Source: an uncultured virus (IMG/VR IMGVR_UViG_3300009495_000011)
Lineage: Duplodnaviria; Heunggongvirae; Uroviricota; Caudoviricetes
Direction: 5' to 3' (one strand)
Virus record (IMG/VR): IMGVR_UViG_3300009495_000011
Length of the DNA: 64,000 nucleotides
Under the pieces are notes generated by a model. The model was not told where the DNA came from and did no database searches. It saw nothing but the letters and a program-made list of their open reading frames with translations. The translations under genes were made by a program, and so were the position numbers. This document shows positions 19,396 to 28,193 of the stretch, piece by piece. The first letter of the stretch is position 1. Each line of letters begins with the position of its first letter.

Positions 19396-20019
19396 TTATC
19401 GGAGCCCGTTGATGATATTCACCAACTGATTCTTAAGATATTGTTGTGCCTTAGTATCTTCCCTAAGTTCTTGTGCTGTTCTAAATGCCTTATACCCACC
19501 CGTGGTATTCATAAGATGCTCATAAATTGGTGTAGGGTAGGCACCTGGAGCACTTGGTTGAGCAACTACATCAACTGTAATAATTTCAAAGTCGCTAACC
19601 TCTCCGGAACCGTCTTCACTTACGTTCCCGGAACCTCTCGAACTTACACCAAGTTTAACACCGGCCTCTAGCATTGTTTTTACTAGAGACCCCATTGGTG
19701 TTGGAATAAGTTTTAGTTTTCCATAACCGTTTGGGCCATCCATCCACATTTTTGTGATCATATGGCTTACACGATCTAAGTTTACATTAAGACCTTGCGG
19801 ATGATCTACTTCGCCAAGAACTGAATATCCCCCCTCGATCTGCTCGTTAAGAGTTTTGACAGCCCTGCCGATTTCGTTTACAGGATAAACACGCTGATTG
19901 GCATTTCTTACACCACCTTGGATGAAGATACCGCTCATGTGAAGATCTTTTCCTTCTTCAGCAGTCTCAACGATCATATTCGCTTGATCAAATGTCAAAT
20001 TCTCTTGGAGTACATTCAT
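19396..20019 (-). CDS. gp21: Prohead protease (gp21-like)
   Basis: GIFIQGGVRNANQRVYP, LGEVDHP, LGVSSRGSG, DVVAQPSAPGAY. Start moved to ATG 20019 on SD spacing. Confidence 0.95.
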   Translation of the reverse strand: MNVLQENLTFDQANMIVETAEEGKDLHMSGIFIQGGVRNANQRVYPVNEIGRAVKTLNEQIEGGYSVLGEVDHPQGLNVNLDRVSHMITKMWMDGPNGYGKLKLIPTPMGSLVKTMLEAGVKLGVSSRGSGNVSEDGSGEVSDFEIITVDVVAQPSAPGAYPTPIYEHLMNTTGGYKAFRTAQELREDTKAQQYLKNQLVNIINGLR

Positions 20020-20038
20020 CTTCAAGTTCTCCTTAGGC

Positions 20039-20809
20039 TTACGCTTTTGAGTAACCAGGTGCTTTTGCGTTACCTGATTTATTTACATTGCCAGCATCGT
20101 CTACTTTAGCAGCAGCAGCTTTGCTGCCCTTTTCTTCTGCAGAACCTTTTGCGATGTTTGCAGCAGTGCCGCCCATATCGTTCTTTTTAGCTACTGGTGA
20201 TGTTGCTTTGTTGTCTTCGCCTTTTGGCTCAGCAACTTTTTGCGTGTACTCGTCTAGCTGTTCGCCGTCTGTTTCAGTTGATTCAAACTCGAAAGATTCT
20301 TCTTCCATGTCATCTTCACCTGCTTCGTCGCCCATGTCTGCCATGTCGCCTTCCATGTCATCAGCTGGTGCTTCTTCGTCACCGCCGAGCATTGCTTGGA
20401 ATTCTCTTGATAGCTCGTCTAGGGCATCTTCGAGGTCTTCAATACGGTCTTCGATTTCTTCTTCTCCAGCTTCTTCGCCTTCGTCGCCTTCGTCGTCCAT
20501 ATCTGCCTCTTCATCATCGCCATCACCCATTTCGATGTCAGCGATCATATCGTCTGCTGGATCTCCAGCTTCGATTTCAAATTCGTCTAATTCTTCGTCA
20601 GTTGATTCTTCAACTGCTTCTTCATCTTCATCCGCTTCTTCATCAGTAGCTTCGTCGATGTCTTCGTCTTCTAGATCAGTTTCTAGTAGACCTTCATAAA
20701 TATCTCTTGATTTCTCTACAACAATCTCGTGAAATAGCTCTTCAGCTGCGTCACGGTCTTCGTTGATAAGGAGTTCAAGCATTTTTTCAAATTTTGTACG
20801 ATCAGTCAT
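20039..20809 (-). CDS. Highly acidic prohead core protein
   Basis: Asp/Glu-rich low-complexity 256-aa protein between portal and protease, where T4 has gp67/gp68; strong SD and late promoter. Confidence 0.7.
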   Translation of the reverse strand: MTDRTKFEKMLELLINEDRDAAEELFHEIVVEKSRDIYEGLLETDLEDEDIDEATDEEADEDEEAVEESTDEELDEFEIEAGDPADDMIADIEMGDGDDEEADMDDEGDEGEEAGEEEIEDRIEDLEDALDELSREFQAMLGGDEEAPADDMEGDMADMGDEAGEDDMEEESFEFESTETDGEQLDEYTQKVAEPKGEDNKATSPVAKKNDMGGTAANIAKGSAEEKGSKAAAAKVDDAGNVNKSGNAKAPGYSKA

Positions 20810-20853
20810 TGTTCTCTCCTATATGTTCGTAATATTACAAGGCTGTCAATAAG

Positions 20854-20859
20854 TATTTA
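20854..20859 (-). promoter_or_regulatory. Late promoter (TAAATA) for the core-protease-scaffold-capsid unit
   Basis: GTAAATAC in the intergenic region upstream of 20809. Confidence 0.65.
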
Positions 20860-20875
20860 CTATCTATACAATAAA

Positions 20876-21478
20876 CTACTCTGAAATAGGCTCAAAACGA
20901 GCCATTTTAAATTTTTCAAGCAATTTTTCGTATGTGATATTGGAAAAATTAGGATATCTTAATAATTCCGGGGGTGTAAACCTATGTTCTTTCGTTATTA
21001 ACCTATAATAATTTATGTTAGGATTATCCCTAACAGTTAGTTGTACCTGCTTAATCCAGTTGCCAAAATAGGTTGCTGGGCTTTCTGTAGGCTTGTAGTT
21101 TTTAGTTCCGCTGTATATGTTATTAATAGTATTTATATTACTTTGAAAATCAAATCCTACTAAACAGATACTTGATGATTTATTATGACTAGCAAGCCAT
21201 AATGCTGTAGGACCGCTACTCCATCCTAGTCGTTTTGGAATAATGTTTATATTGGGAATTTCAGTAAAGCGCCTATGTTCTCTAGTATAGAACTTGGTTA
21301 AAAGATGAGCCTTATTGTCAATTATCTCTTGAACCATGGGTGGATCTACTGCAACTAGATAGTCAACTAATTCGTCGCGATAAATTGCATTACAGCCATA
21401 TATGTTTCCATATTGCTTGTAGTGCTTTACATTAAATTCTTTTCGTGAGTTTCCGTTACCTAATACAAAGGATAACAT
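20876..21478 (-). CDS. Rossmann-like DUF115/MptE/Maf-type protein (possible glycosyltransferase-like enzyme)
   Basis: FVLGNGNSR, IYGCNAIYRD, DYLVAVD, GWSSGPTAL and ICLVGFD motifs. Confidence 0.6.
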   Translation of the reverse strand: MLSFVLGNGNSRKEFNVKHYKQYGNIYGCNAIYRDELVDYLVAVDPPMVQEIIDNKAHLLTKFYTREHRRFTEIPNINIIPKRLGWSSGPTALWLASHNKSSSICLVGFDFQSNINTINNIYSGTKNYKPTESPATYFGNWIKQVQLTVRDNPNINYYRLITKEHRFTPPELLRYPNFSNITYEKLLEKFKMARFEPISE

Positions 21479-21717
21479 TACATACCTGGCTGTGCTGGTA
21501 CGCCGTACATTTGTCTAACAAACTCTAGCTCTGCTTCTTTTTCTTGTTCGTGTAGGTCAGAAGCAACACGCAATTGATTAATCTGTTCTAGAGTTAATCG
21601 TGTTTTGCGTGTGTCACTTTTTTTGATCACATCAGAATCGTTTTCAGGAGTATAACGTCCGTCATTACTCATTTCTAATGTGTCTTTATCAAAGTAAAAG
21701 AGTTCTCTAAGTATCAT
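21478..21717 (-). CDS. Small head-region protein (79 aa, MILRELFYFD...)
   Basis: ATG 21717 lies 5 nt after a TAAATA box; the ORF-track extension to 21801 overlaps the portal gene and is unlikely. Confidence 0.75.
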   Translation of the reverse strand: MILRELFYFDKDTLEMSNDGRYTPENDSDVIKKSDTRKTRLTLEQINQLRVASDLHEQEKEAELEFVRQMYGVPAQPGM

Positions 21718-21722
21718 GTAAT

Positions 21723-21729
21723 TATTTAT
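21723..21729 (-). promoter_or_regulatory. Late promoter (ATAAATA), probably giving a leaderless mRNA
   Basis: GATAAATA-ATTAC-ATG with no SD. Confidence 0.65.
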
Positions 21730-21733
21730 CCTC

Positions 21734-23479
21734 TTATACGTTTTCGCCAGGGCCAGGACCTGTTGGCGCTGCGCCAGCTGCTGGAGTTTCACCTGTATCA
21801 CCTAGTGCGCCAGCTTCAGGTGCTGCTTCTGCATCAGGTGCTGCTGTTTCGGCTGCTCCTAAGTCTGCACTAATAGCACCTGCACTGATGCCTGCGCTTC
21901 TTAGTTCACCGCTAGCATCAGTTGGAAGATTTAGATTTTCATCATTTTCTTCTCGCCATAGTCTTTCATTTTCTGCAATTTCTTCGTCGCTAAGACCTAA
22001 GAAACGCTGTAGTGCAAAACGTTGGCTCATATAAGGAATCTGTTGTAACTGTGTAAATGTACCAATACGGTTGTTATCTAGTTCTGCTTGACGATAGCTT
22101 GCAAAGTTCTTAGGAGGTTGAAATCCTAGTTCAAACACACTAGTATCAACATTTACGCCTTTTTCAAGAATATATAATTTAAATTCTTCATCAAACTTGC
22201 TTTGTACTAAGCTCTGTAAGCGTTCGCAGTAGGTATTAAAGCGTAGCTCTTGAATGTATGCTGTTCCTACACGACCGTCACTAAACTGACTTTGTCCGTC
22301 ATCTGCTGCTGTAGGTAAGTAGCTACTAGGAATACGCAGTCCACGTACTAGTTTGTTAGTAAAGTATTTGAGATCGTCAATCTCTCCAAGGTTAGTACCG
22401 CCCGGCAGTGTTTCAACTTTAGAACCACGTCCTTCAGCTGTTTGTGGAAAGAAGTAGTCTTCGTTGATTGACAACGGATTGTAACTACTGTCAATAACAT
22501 TAGTGCCGCCGCCTGTTTGTGACGGAATACGTCTTTGATGAATTTCGTTCTTAACACGTTCAACAAAGTTCATAGCAAGGTGACTTGGCATGTTGCCTAC
22601 GTCTACATAAAATACTCTACGTTCTGGCGCACGTTGTACACGATAGATAATAATAGCATCTTCAAGCAATTCTTTTTGCTTGTATACTTTAAAGATTGTT
22701 TCAAGTAAACTGTTACCAAATGGATAGTTGTTGTCTAGTCCTTCTGATAAACTTAAATGCACAACGTGTTCAGCATCAACTGCAACTTCTTGTTGTGATG
22801 TTTCAAAACGTGAACCAGTTGATGCGCTACTTGGAGCAGAACCTGCCATACCTTTCGCGCCGCCTTGGAAGTATCCTGAATGACCAGAACTAGTTGATCC
22901 GCCCGGATCAGTGCTTAGTGTAGTAGCAACTAAGTTGCCAAAATTAATGTTAAGGTCTTTAACAACATACTGCTCAGGCTTTTTGCCTTCACTTTCATTA
23001 ACAATGATTTTAGTAACTTTTGCTGGATCAACATAAAACCATTTTTTAGTTTCTGGATCTCTAATAAAAAATGCATCACCGTATTTGAATACATTACGTA
23101 ATATACGGAAAATGCGAGTTTCGAAGTTTTGTAACTTACTCCATTGCTGTAAGTACTGCTTTAGAATTCTAATTTCAGAATTCGTAGCTTTTTCTTTAAA
23201 GTCTAAAGCAAATGGAGTTTTATTGCTTGTATTCTTTTGTGTGCAAAATTCTGCTAAAATGTCTAGTGCAGCATTAACTTCACTGTCGCTGTCCATTGTT
23301 TCGTACTGACCATAGCGTTCAACACGATTTGGACTACCAGTATATACATCTGGTAAGTAGCTTGAATAATTTGAACGTGCCGGCCCTGGTCGACTAGCAT
23401 TAGCGCCGTTACCTAACGGGCTATATGTTCCTTCTTGATTTCCTGTTGGTACAGGTGTAAAATATTTTTTCCAGCTCAT
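21734..23479 (-). CDS. gp20: Portal protein (gp20-like)
   Basis: LLEDAIIIYRVQRAPERRVFYVDVGNMP, EDYFFP, GRGSKVETLPGGTNLGEIDDLKYF. Confidence 0.97.
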   Translation of the reverse strand: MSWKKYFTPVPTGNQEGTYSPLGNGANASRPGPARSNYSSYLPDVYTGSPNRVERYGQYETMDSDSEVNAALDILAEFCTQKNTSNKTPFALDFKEKATNSEIRILKQYLQQWSKLQNFETRIFRILRNVFKYGDAFFIRDPETKKWFYVDPAKVTKIIVNESEGKKPEQYVVKDLNINFGNLVATTLSTDPGGSTSSGHSGYFQGGAKGMAGSAPSSASTGSRFETSQQEVAVDAEHVVHLSLSEGLDNNYPFGNSLLETIFKVYKQKELLEDAIIIYRVQRAPERRVFYVDVGNMPSHLAMNFVERVKNEIHQRRIPSQTGGGTNVIDSSYNPLSINEDYFFPQTAEGRGSKVETLPGGTNLGEIDDLKYFTNKLVRGLRIPSSYLPTAADDGQSQFSDGRVGTAYIQELRFNTYCERLQSLVQSKFDEEFKLYILEKGVNVDTSVFELGFQPPKNFASYRQAELDNNRIGTFTQLQQIPYMSQRFALQRFLGLSDEEIAENERLWREENDENLNLPTDASGELRSAGISAGAISADLGAAETAAPDAEAAPEAGALGDTGETPAAGAAPTGPGPGENV

Positions 23480-23487
23480 GTTATTAC

Positions 23488-25479
23488 TTATGTCCTATAT
23501 ACGTTTCCGCCGCTTCGTCTGATTTCGCGTGTGTTGTCTTTGTATGCATTCAACAATTGATCAAACTTGCCGTTTAGTTGTGTCATCATAACTTCCATCT
23601 GCTGGCCCATTTCTGGAGAGCTCTGTTGAAATTGACTTGCCATTTGTTTTAATTGTGGCTCAAATTGTGCAGCCATCTGTTCCATTTGTGGACGCATCTG
23701 TTCTGCCATTTGTTGCATCTGTGGTGCAATTTGTTTTGCCATTGTTTGAGCAGTTGCAATTAAATTGTTAGCACCTTTTGGGATAAGAAACTCAGGTCCA
23801 CGCTCGCCTACTATACTTGGTCTTAGTGCATCCATCATGCCGCCAAACATATTGTTATCAGTACTAGGATTATTTGGACGAGCTCCGTTACTTGTTTCGT
23901 TGTTCGGTATACTGCCAGTTTGGTTAGCTTCTTGACTATTACCTCGATTAGTTGCTGCTTGCACTGCTGCTTGACCAGTTAATACTCCAGCTTCGACGTT
24001 AGGAGTGTTATATGCACCTGCTATCCTAGTAGCTTCATCTCTAAAGGTAGTACCAAACTTTGTAATTTCGGCAGTAACTTTTACTCTAGTCGAATCTAAA
24101 TCTCTAGCAAATTCTCGTAGTTCTTCACCAACTCCTGCTGGTCCTAACAGTGTAGTTATTAATTCTGTTCGTACTGCTCGAGAAGCAGTTGCCATCGTCG
24201 ATTCAAACGAGCTAACTGCATCTGTTGCAGCATCAGCTGCTCCTGCTACTTTAATGTTACCTTCTGCATCTTTAGTTAATCCTGCTTGTCTTAACTCTTG
24301 GTCAGTCATTTGCATCATTCGAAGTCTAGCTTGTGCGCTAGTTAGTGATGTACTAGATTGTGCTTGTACTAACGAAATTTGATCATACATGTCTACGCTT
24401 CCGGCAAGGGCATCTTGGATATCTTTTATTATCCCACCATTCCCTCTAAGCATACCTAATTGTATATTACCTTGACTACGCAATGCATCCATTGCTTCGC
24501 CTTGTACGACTAATGATTGTGTTCTAAACGCTTCGCCGGCAGCTTTGTCTCCTGCTTCAATACTAAACAATCGCTGACGTAGTCCTGCTAAATTGTCTAT
24601 ATACTCGCTACCATACACTGCTGCTGCATTTGCACTTTCTCCTGTTAGAGATGCTTGCATCATCATATCTTCGTATGCTTTTGCTGCTAACGGTCCGTTT
24701 TGTTTTGCCATTTGCAGGCCTTCGTTAAACACTACTTGTTGCTCTTTATTTAGACCAGCAAGGAATGCTTGCACTCGACCATTGCGTCTATCTTCTTCCA
24801 TTTTCTTTGCAAGTTCTTTTCTACTTTGGTTAGTTAGCGTTGCCATTCTATCCATCGACACTGCAAAGGCCATAGCTGATCTATTTTGACTAGTTCCAGT
24901 TCTTACGTTTTCTAAAAACTGCAATCTATTAATTGATGCAAAATTAACTAGAGATTCGTTTATTTCTTCGTTGCTGTAGCCAATTGCTGATAGACCTTTT
25001 ACATAATTTTCTGAGCTGTTTGCAAAGTCACCACTCATTCGTGCAAACATTGCTGTTGCGCGGCCGCCTGTTCCGCCCATTATTCTTAACTGTTTAGCAT
25101 TAGCTTCTGCAAACTTGCCTAATTCTGCTACACTGTATCCAGCATCTGATGCTGCAAGTGCTGTGCCCGACAATGAGCCTCTTAAAGAAAATCCTGATCT
25201 ACTAAGTGATTTGTAGCCAGCATTCATCTCGTCTATAACTGATGCTGCTTTGTTTAATCCATCAGATAGAGCGCCCATTCCTGGAATAGGAAGTGCCTTT
25301 GCCATAGTTCCAAGCGCACCAGTGTAGTCTGCGATCTTTGTAGACCCGGATACAAGAGCGCCAGCAAACTGACTAGCGCCAGTAACTGCGCCCGACAGCG
25401 CACTAGTCCAACCTTGAATAGCTCTAGTATTTTTACGAATGTCGTCTTGTTGTGCTTGACTGTCTGCTGCGTCTGACAT
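23488..25479 (-). CDS. Tape-measure-like protein (663 aa)
   Basis: Ala/Gly-rich helical protein with an IVGERGPEFL motif and Gln/Met repeats near the C-terminus; next to a gp26/gp51 chaperone-like pair. Confidence 0.6.
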   Translation of the reverse strand: MSDAADSQAQQDDIRKNTRAIQGWTSALSGAVTGASQFAGALVSGSTKIADYTGALGTMAKALPIPGMGALSDGLNKAASVIDEMNAGYKSLSRSGFSLRGSLSGTALAASDAGYSVAELGKFAEANAKQLRIMGGTGGRATAMFARMSGDFANSSENYVKGLSAIGYSNEEINESLVNFASINRLQFLENVRTGTSQNRSAMAFAVSMDRMATLTNQSRKELAKKMEEDRRNGRVQAFLAGLNKEQQVVFNEGLQMAKQNGPLAAKAYEDMMMQASLTGESANAAAVYGSEYIDNLAGLRQRLFSIEAGDKAAGEAFRTQSLVVQGEAMDALRSQGNIQLGMLRGNGGIIKDIQDALAGSVDMYDQISLVQAQSSTSLTSAQARLRMMQMTDQELRQAGLTKDAEGNIKVAGAADAATDAVSSFESTMATASRAVRTELITTLLGPAGVGEELREFARDLDSTRVKVTAEITKFGTTFRDEATRIAGAYNTPNVEAGVLTGQAAVQAATNRGNSQEANQTGSIPNNETSNGARPNNPSTDNNMFGGMMDALRPSIVGERGPEFLIPKGANNLIATAQTMAKQIAPQMQQMAEQMRPQMEQMAAQFEPQLKQMASQFQQSSPEMGQQMEVMMTQLNGKFDQLLNAYKDNTREIRRSGGNVYRT

Positions 25480-25523
25480 AAATTTTCCTTAATCAGTAAT
25501 GATATATGCGTACTTTATGTCGC

Positions 25524-25545
25524 ATAAATACTTTTATATATTTAT
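25524..25545. promoter_or_regulatory. Overlapping divergent late promoters
   Basis: ATAAATA on + at 25524-25530 and ATAAATA on - at 25539-25545, between divergent genes. Confidence 0.7.
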
Positions 25546-25563
25546 CCTTAGGAGAATTACACG

Positions 25564-26391
25564 ATGAGTTCGGTTTTAACCAAGCACAAAAGACAGCCAA
25601 AAATCTTTGTTGATATTCCATCACAATTTAGATTTGTAAAAGAAGGCACTAGTAATAGTACATTCAAAGAAGTACCGATTTACTCAATGTCGGGTGCTGA
25701 TGAACTTATGATGAAAAATCCAGAAGCATTGTTAAGTGGACTAGCAACTAAGAATCTAATTAAGTCATGTATTCCTAGTATTGTTGAGCCAGGCAATATT
25801 TCTATAATAGACATCGAATTTTTGTTAGTAGCAATACGCATAGCATCCTACGGAGAAAAATATAATCAACACAGTTCTTGTCCACATTGTGGTGAGGGAA
25901 ACAAACACGAAGTAATTTTAGGACACATCTTAGAAAGTCTTAGTGATCGCAAGTATTTAGAAACTGTTAAAATGCACGAGCTAACTTTTAAACTTAATCC
26001 GTTAACTTACGATGCATACACTGCTATAGAAAAAGTATCTTTTGAAACTCAGCGTTTGATAGCACAAACTGCTAGCCAAAAAGACCTAACTGTTGAACAA
26101 CAGCGAGAAATTGAATACACTGCATATAAAAAACTAAATCAAGTAATTGAAGAAAGTATTGCAGGACAAGTTGTTGAAATTATCACACCTGATGGTTCAG
26201 AATACGACCCAGCACAAATAAGAGATTTTATTTTAACAAGTGATAGAGAATATTTTGAACTGTTAAAAAAGACAATTGAAAAAAATAACGAAGATCAGCA
26301 AATAAAACCGCTAGAGGTCAAGTGCGGTGAGTGCGCTAAAGGTTACACGCAGTTGTTCACAATGGATGATTCAAGTTTTTTCGGAAGCTAA
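25564..26391 (+). CDS. gp26: Baseplate hub / tail assembly chaperone (gp26-like)
   Basis: DIEFLLVAIRIASYGE, two CxxC pairs (CPHC, CGEC), C-terminal SSFFGS. Confidence 0.75.
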   Translation: MSSVLTKHKRQPKIFVDIPSQFRFVKEGTSNSTFKEVPIYSMSGADELMMKNPEALLSGLATKNLIKSCIPSIVEPGNISIIDIEFLLVAIRIASYGEKYNQHSSCPHCGEGNKHEVILGHILESLSDRKYLETVKMHELTFKLNPLTYDAYTAIEKVSFETQRLIAQTASQKDLTVEQQREIEYTAYKKLNQVIEESIAGQVVEIITPDGSEYDPAQIRDFILTSDREYFELLKKTIEKNNEDQQIKPLEVKCGECAKGYTQLFTMDDSSFFGS

Positions 26392-26615
26392 TAGGTAATC
26401 TCGAAGTCTCTGATATCGAAGCAGTTCTTGAACAGTACGAAGAAACAGAAAAAAGCCTCAAAGACGAAATGTACCGATTGGTATGGTATATGCGAGGCGG
26501 TGTCCAGTATCAAGACCTAATGTATTATATCGATGTAGCCGACAAGGCTATCCTTAATAAAATTATCAAAGAAAATTGGGAAAATACCAATAAGGCCGGA
26601 ATGCCGTTAATTTAA
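26376..26615 (+). CDS. gp51: gp51-like baseplate hub assembly protein, probably translated as a -1 frameshift extension of the upstream ORF (not in ORF track)
   Basis: The -1 frame is open 26370-26615 (FFRKLIGNLEVSDIEAVLEQYEETEKSLKDEMYRLVWYMRGGVQYQDLMY...ENTNKAGMPLI). First ATG only at 26469. Slippery T TTT TTC at 26376-26382. Confidence 0.7.
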   Translation, partial: FFRKLIGNLEVSDIEAVLEQYEETEKSLKDEMYRLVWYMRGGVQYQDLMYYIDVADKAILNKIIKENWENTNKAGMPLI

Positions 26616-26616
26616 A

Positions 26617-27651
26617 TTACCAAGTACCAGCGCCTACAATGTCTTTAAAACTTTGATTTGCTGCTGCTGGAGTTGGTGCAGCATCTGGTTGTTCTTGTTG
26701 ATTAAGTCTATCTTGAATTTCCTGCGGCATGTCTTGAACATCGTCTTCACTTACTCCGCCACCAAATTCATCCATACCGTTTAGTATAGTTTCAGCTTGT
26801 GATTCCATTTGAGTTTTTAGTGTATCTGCTACAGTTTCGCTAGCTGCACGAGCCGCATCTGACAGTCCTTCAGCAGATTCGAACCCTGCTTTAACTGCTA
26901 TAGACGCTGCTAAACCTATTACTCCTGGAAGCAATGCTTCAAGTGTCCAAATCCATGCGTCACGCATTTTTTGTTTGCCGTAATCAGTTGTCATAAACCA
27001 ACTTAGGCCAATCTGTGCAGCAAAAGTTCCTAACCAAACTATCGGAGCGCCAGGTCCAGTTGCAAGACCAAATCCTCTAACTACCCACATAATTGAGTTA
27101 ATAACTCTTGTCAATATTTTTGTACTTGCCCATATAGTTGTAATAAACACTGCTGCTGATCTTGCTATCGCAGGAAATACTTCTTTAAGGTGTGTCCATA
27201 TAGCTGCTGAAATTAAACTAGTAACTTCTACTGTGTCAAATTCTTCGCCTGCTGCTTCTGCACGTTCATTTTCTTCTTCAATGACGGCTGTAGCAATCCC
27301 GGCCATATCAGCAAACAGATCATTTAATAAGAATATCCATTTAATTTTACCAATGCCAGGTATACGTTGTAAACGTGTTGACCATTTTGCAAAAGCATTA
27401 TCCATGTTTTCCAACTTGAGAGCTGGATTATTAGCACTTCGCTTAAAATTTCTCCACTTAGCATTTGGCGATTGTAGTCTAGCTGTTCTGGCATTCCAGG
27501 TTCTTGCGGCTCTTCTTGCATCATCAGCACTAGTAGCTTTTACTGTTGTGCCATCAGGACGAGTTAACATCTCAGCTGCGTCATCCCAAACAAATCCAGG
27601 GAATTCACTAACTCGATATCTTGTTTCGTTTACAATGTCAAATACTTTCAT
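26617..27651 (-). CDS. Hypothetical late protein with several hydrophobic segments (344 aa)
   Basis: Own ATAAATA promoter; hydrophobic stretches such as AAVFITTIWAS, PIVWLGTFAAQIGLSWFM and LLPGVIGLAASIAV. Confidence 0.75.
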   Translation of the reverse strand: MKVFDIVNETRYRVSEFPGFVWDDAAEMLTRPDGTTVKATSADDARRAARTWNARTARLQSPNAKWRNFKRSANNPALKLENMDNAFAKWSTRLQRIPGIGKIKWIFLLNDLFADMAGIATAVIEEENERAEAAGEEFDTVEVTSLISAAIWTHLKEVFPAIARSAAVFITTIWASTKILTRVINSIMWVVRGFGLATGPGAPIVWLGTFAAQIGLSWFMTTDYGKQKMRDAWIWTLEALLPGVIGLAASIAVKAGFESAEGLSDAARAASETVADTLKTQMESQAETILNGMDEFGGGVSEDDVQDMPQEIQDRLNQQEQPDAAPTPAAANQSFKDIVGAGTW

Positions 27652-27681
27652 GAGATGTCCTAATAAGCTATTACTTAAATG

Positions 27682-27688
27682 TATTTAT
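27682..27688 (-). promoter_or_regulatory. Late promoter (ATAAATA) for the 344-aa gene
   Basis: CATAAATAC ~30 nt upstream of ATG 27651. Confidence 0.7.
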
Positions 27689-27781
27689 GTTAGAAATGAG
27701 CTAAAGCTCATTTTAGTTATCGCTAACGCTCAAACTACATCACTTCGTTTAATTTAAATGATTTAATATATGATATAATTG

Positions 27782-28192
27782 CATTATTACGAATGTAATA
27801 ATGTTTAAGTTTCATGTAGATCGTTTCAGTCAGACGGAACCTGTTACGGCCCCGTCGTCTAAAAGAAAAGCTTCATGTGAGTCTTATCCAGCCTAGACAT
27901 TGGAAGTAGGTGTTTGTTATACTGCTACACAATGGGCTCTGACCTTTCCCAACCTACGTCGACATCGTTGTTTCCAACTACCTCTCGCTTCGTTCCTATT
28001 GCTAAAGAGTTTTTATGTGTAATTTGCAGTTTTTCGACTGACAGCAATCAATCTATATCAACCAGTGAGCCCAATTTGTTTGATGGCTTCCTACCTCTGG
28101 GTAGTCGATCAATATGTTACGTGTGTCCTTCTCAGGGGACCTTTTCCACAGCGGTATTACAAACTGGCCCGCTAACCTTATGTGCTGTATTG
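27782..28192 (-). ncRNA. Putative large, highly structured (pseudoknotted) non-coding RNA
   Basis: The only long ORF-free gap in a densely coded window; three GNRA-capped hairpins, G-U pairs valid only on the minus strand, and several 6-7-bp long-range complementarities (see findings). Confidence 0.7.
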
Positions 28193-28193
28193 A

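Noticed and set aside
20088..20699. 203-aa Ser-rich plus-strand ORF and the overlapping 150-aa ORF
   Set aside because: Antisense mirror of the GAA/GAT-rich acidic core gene.
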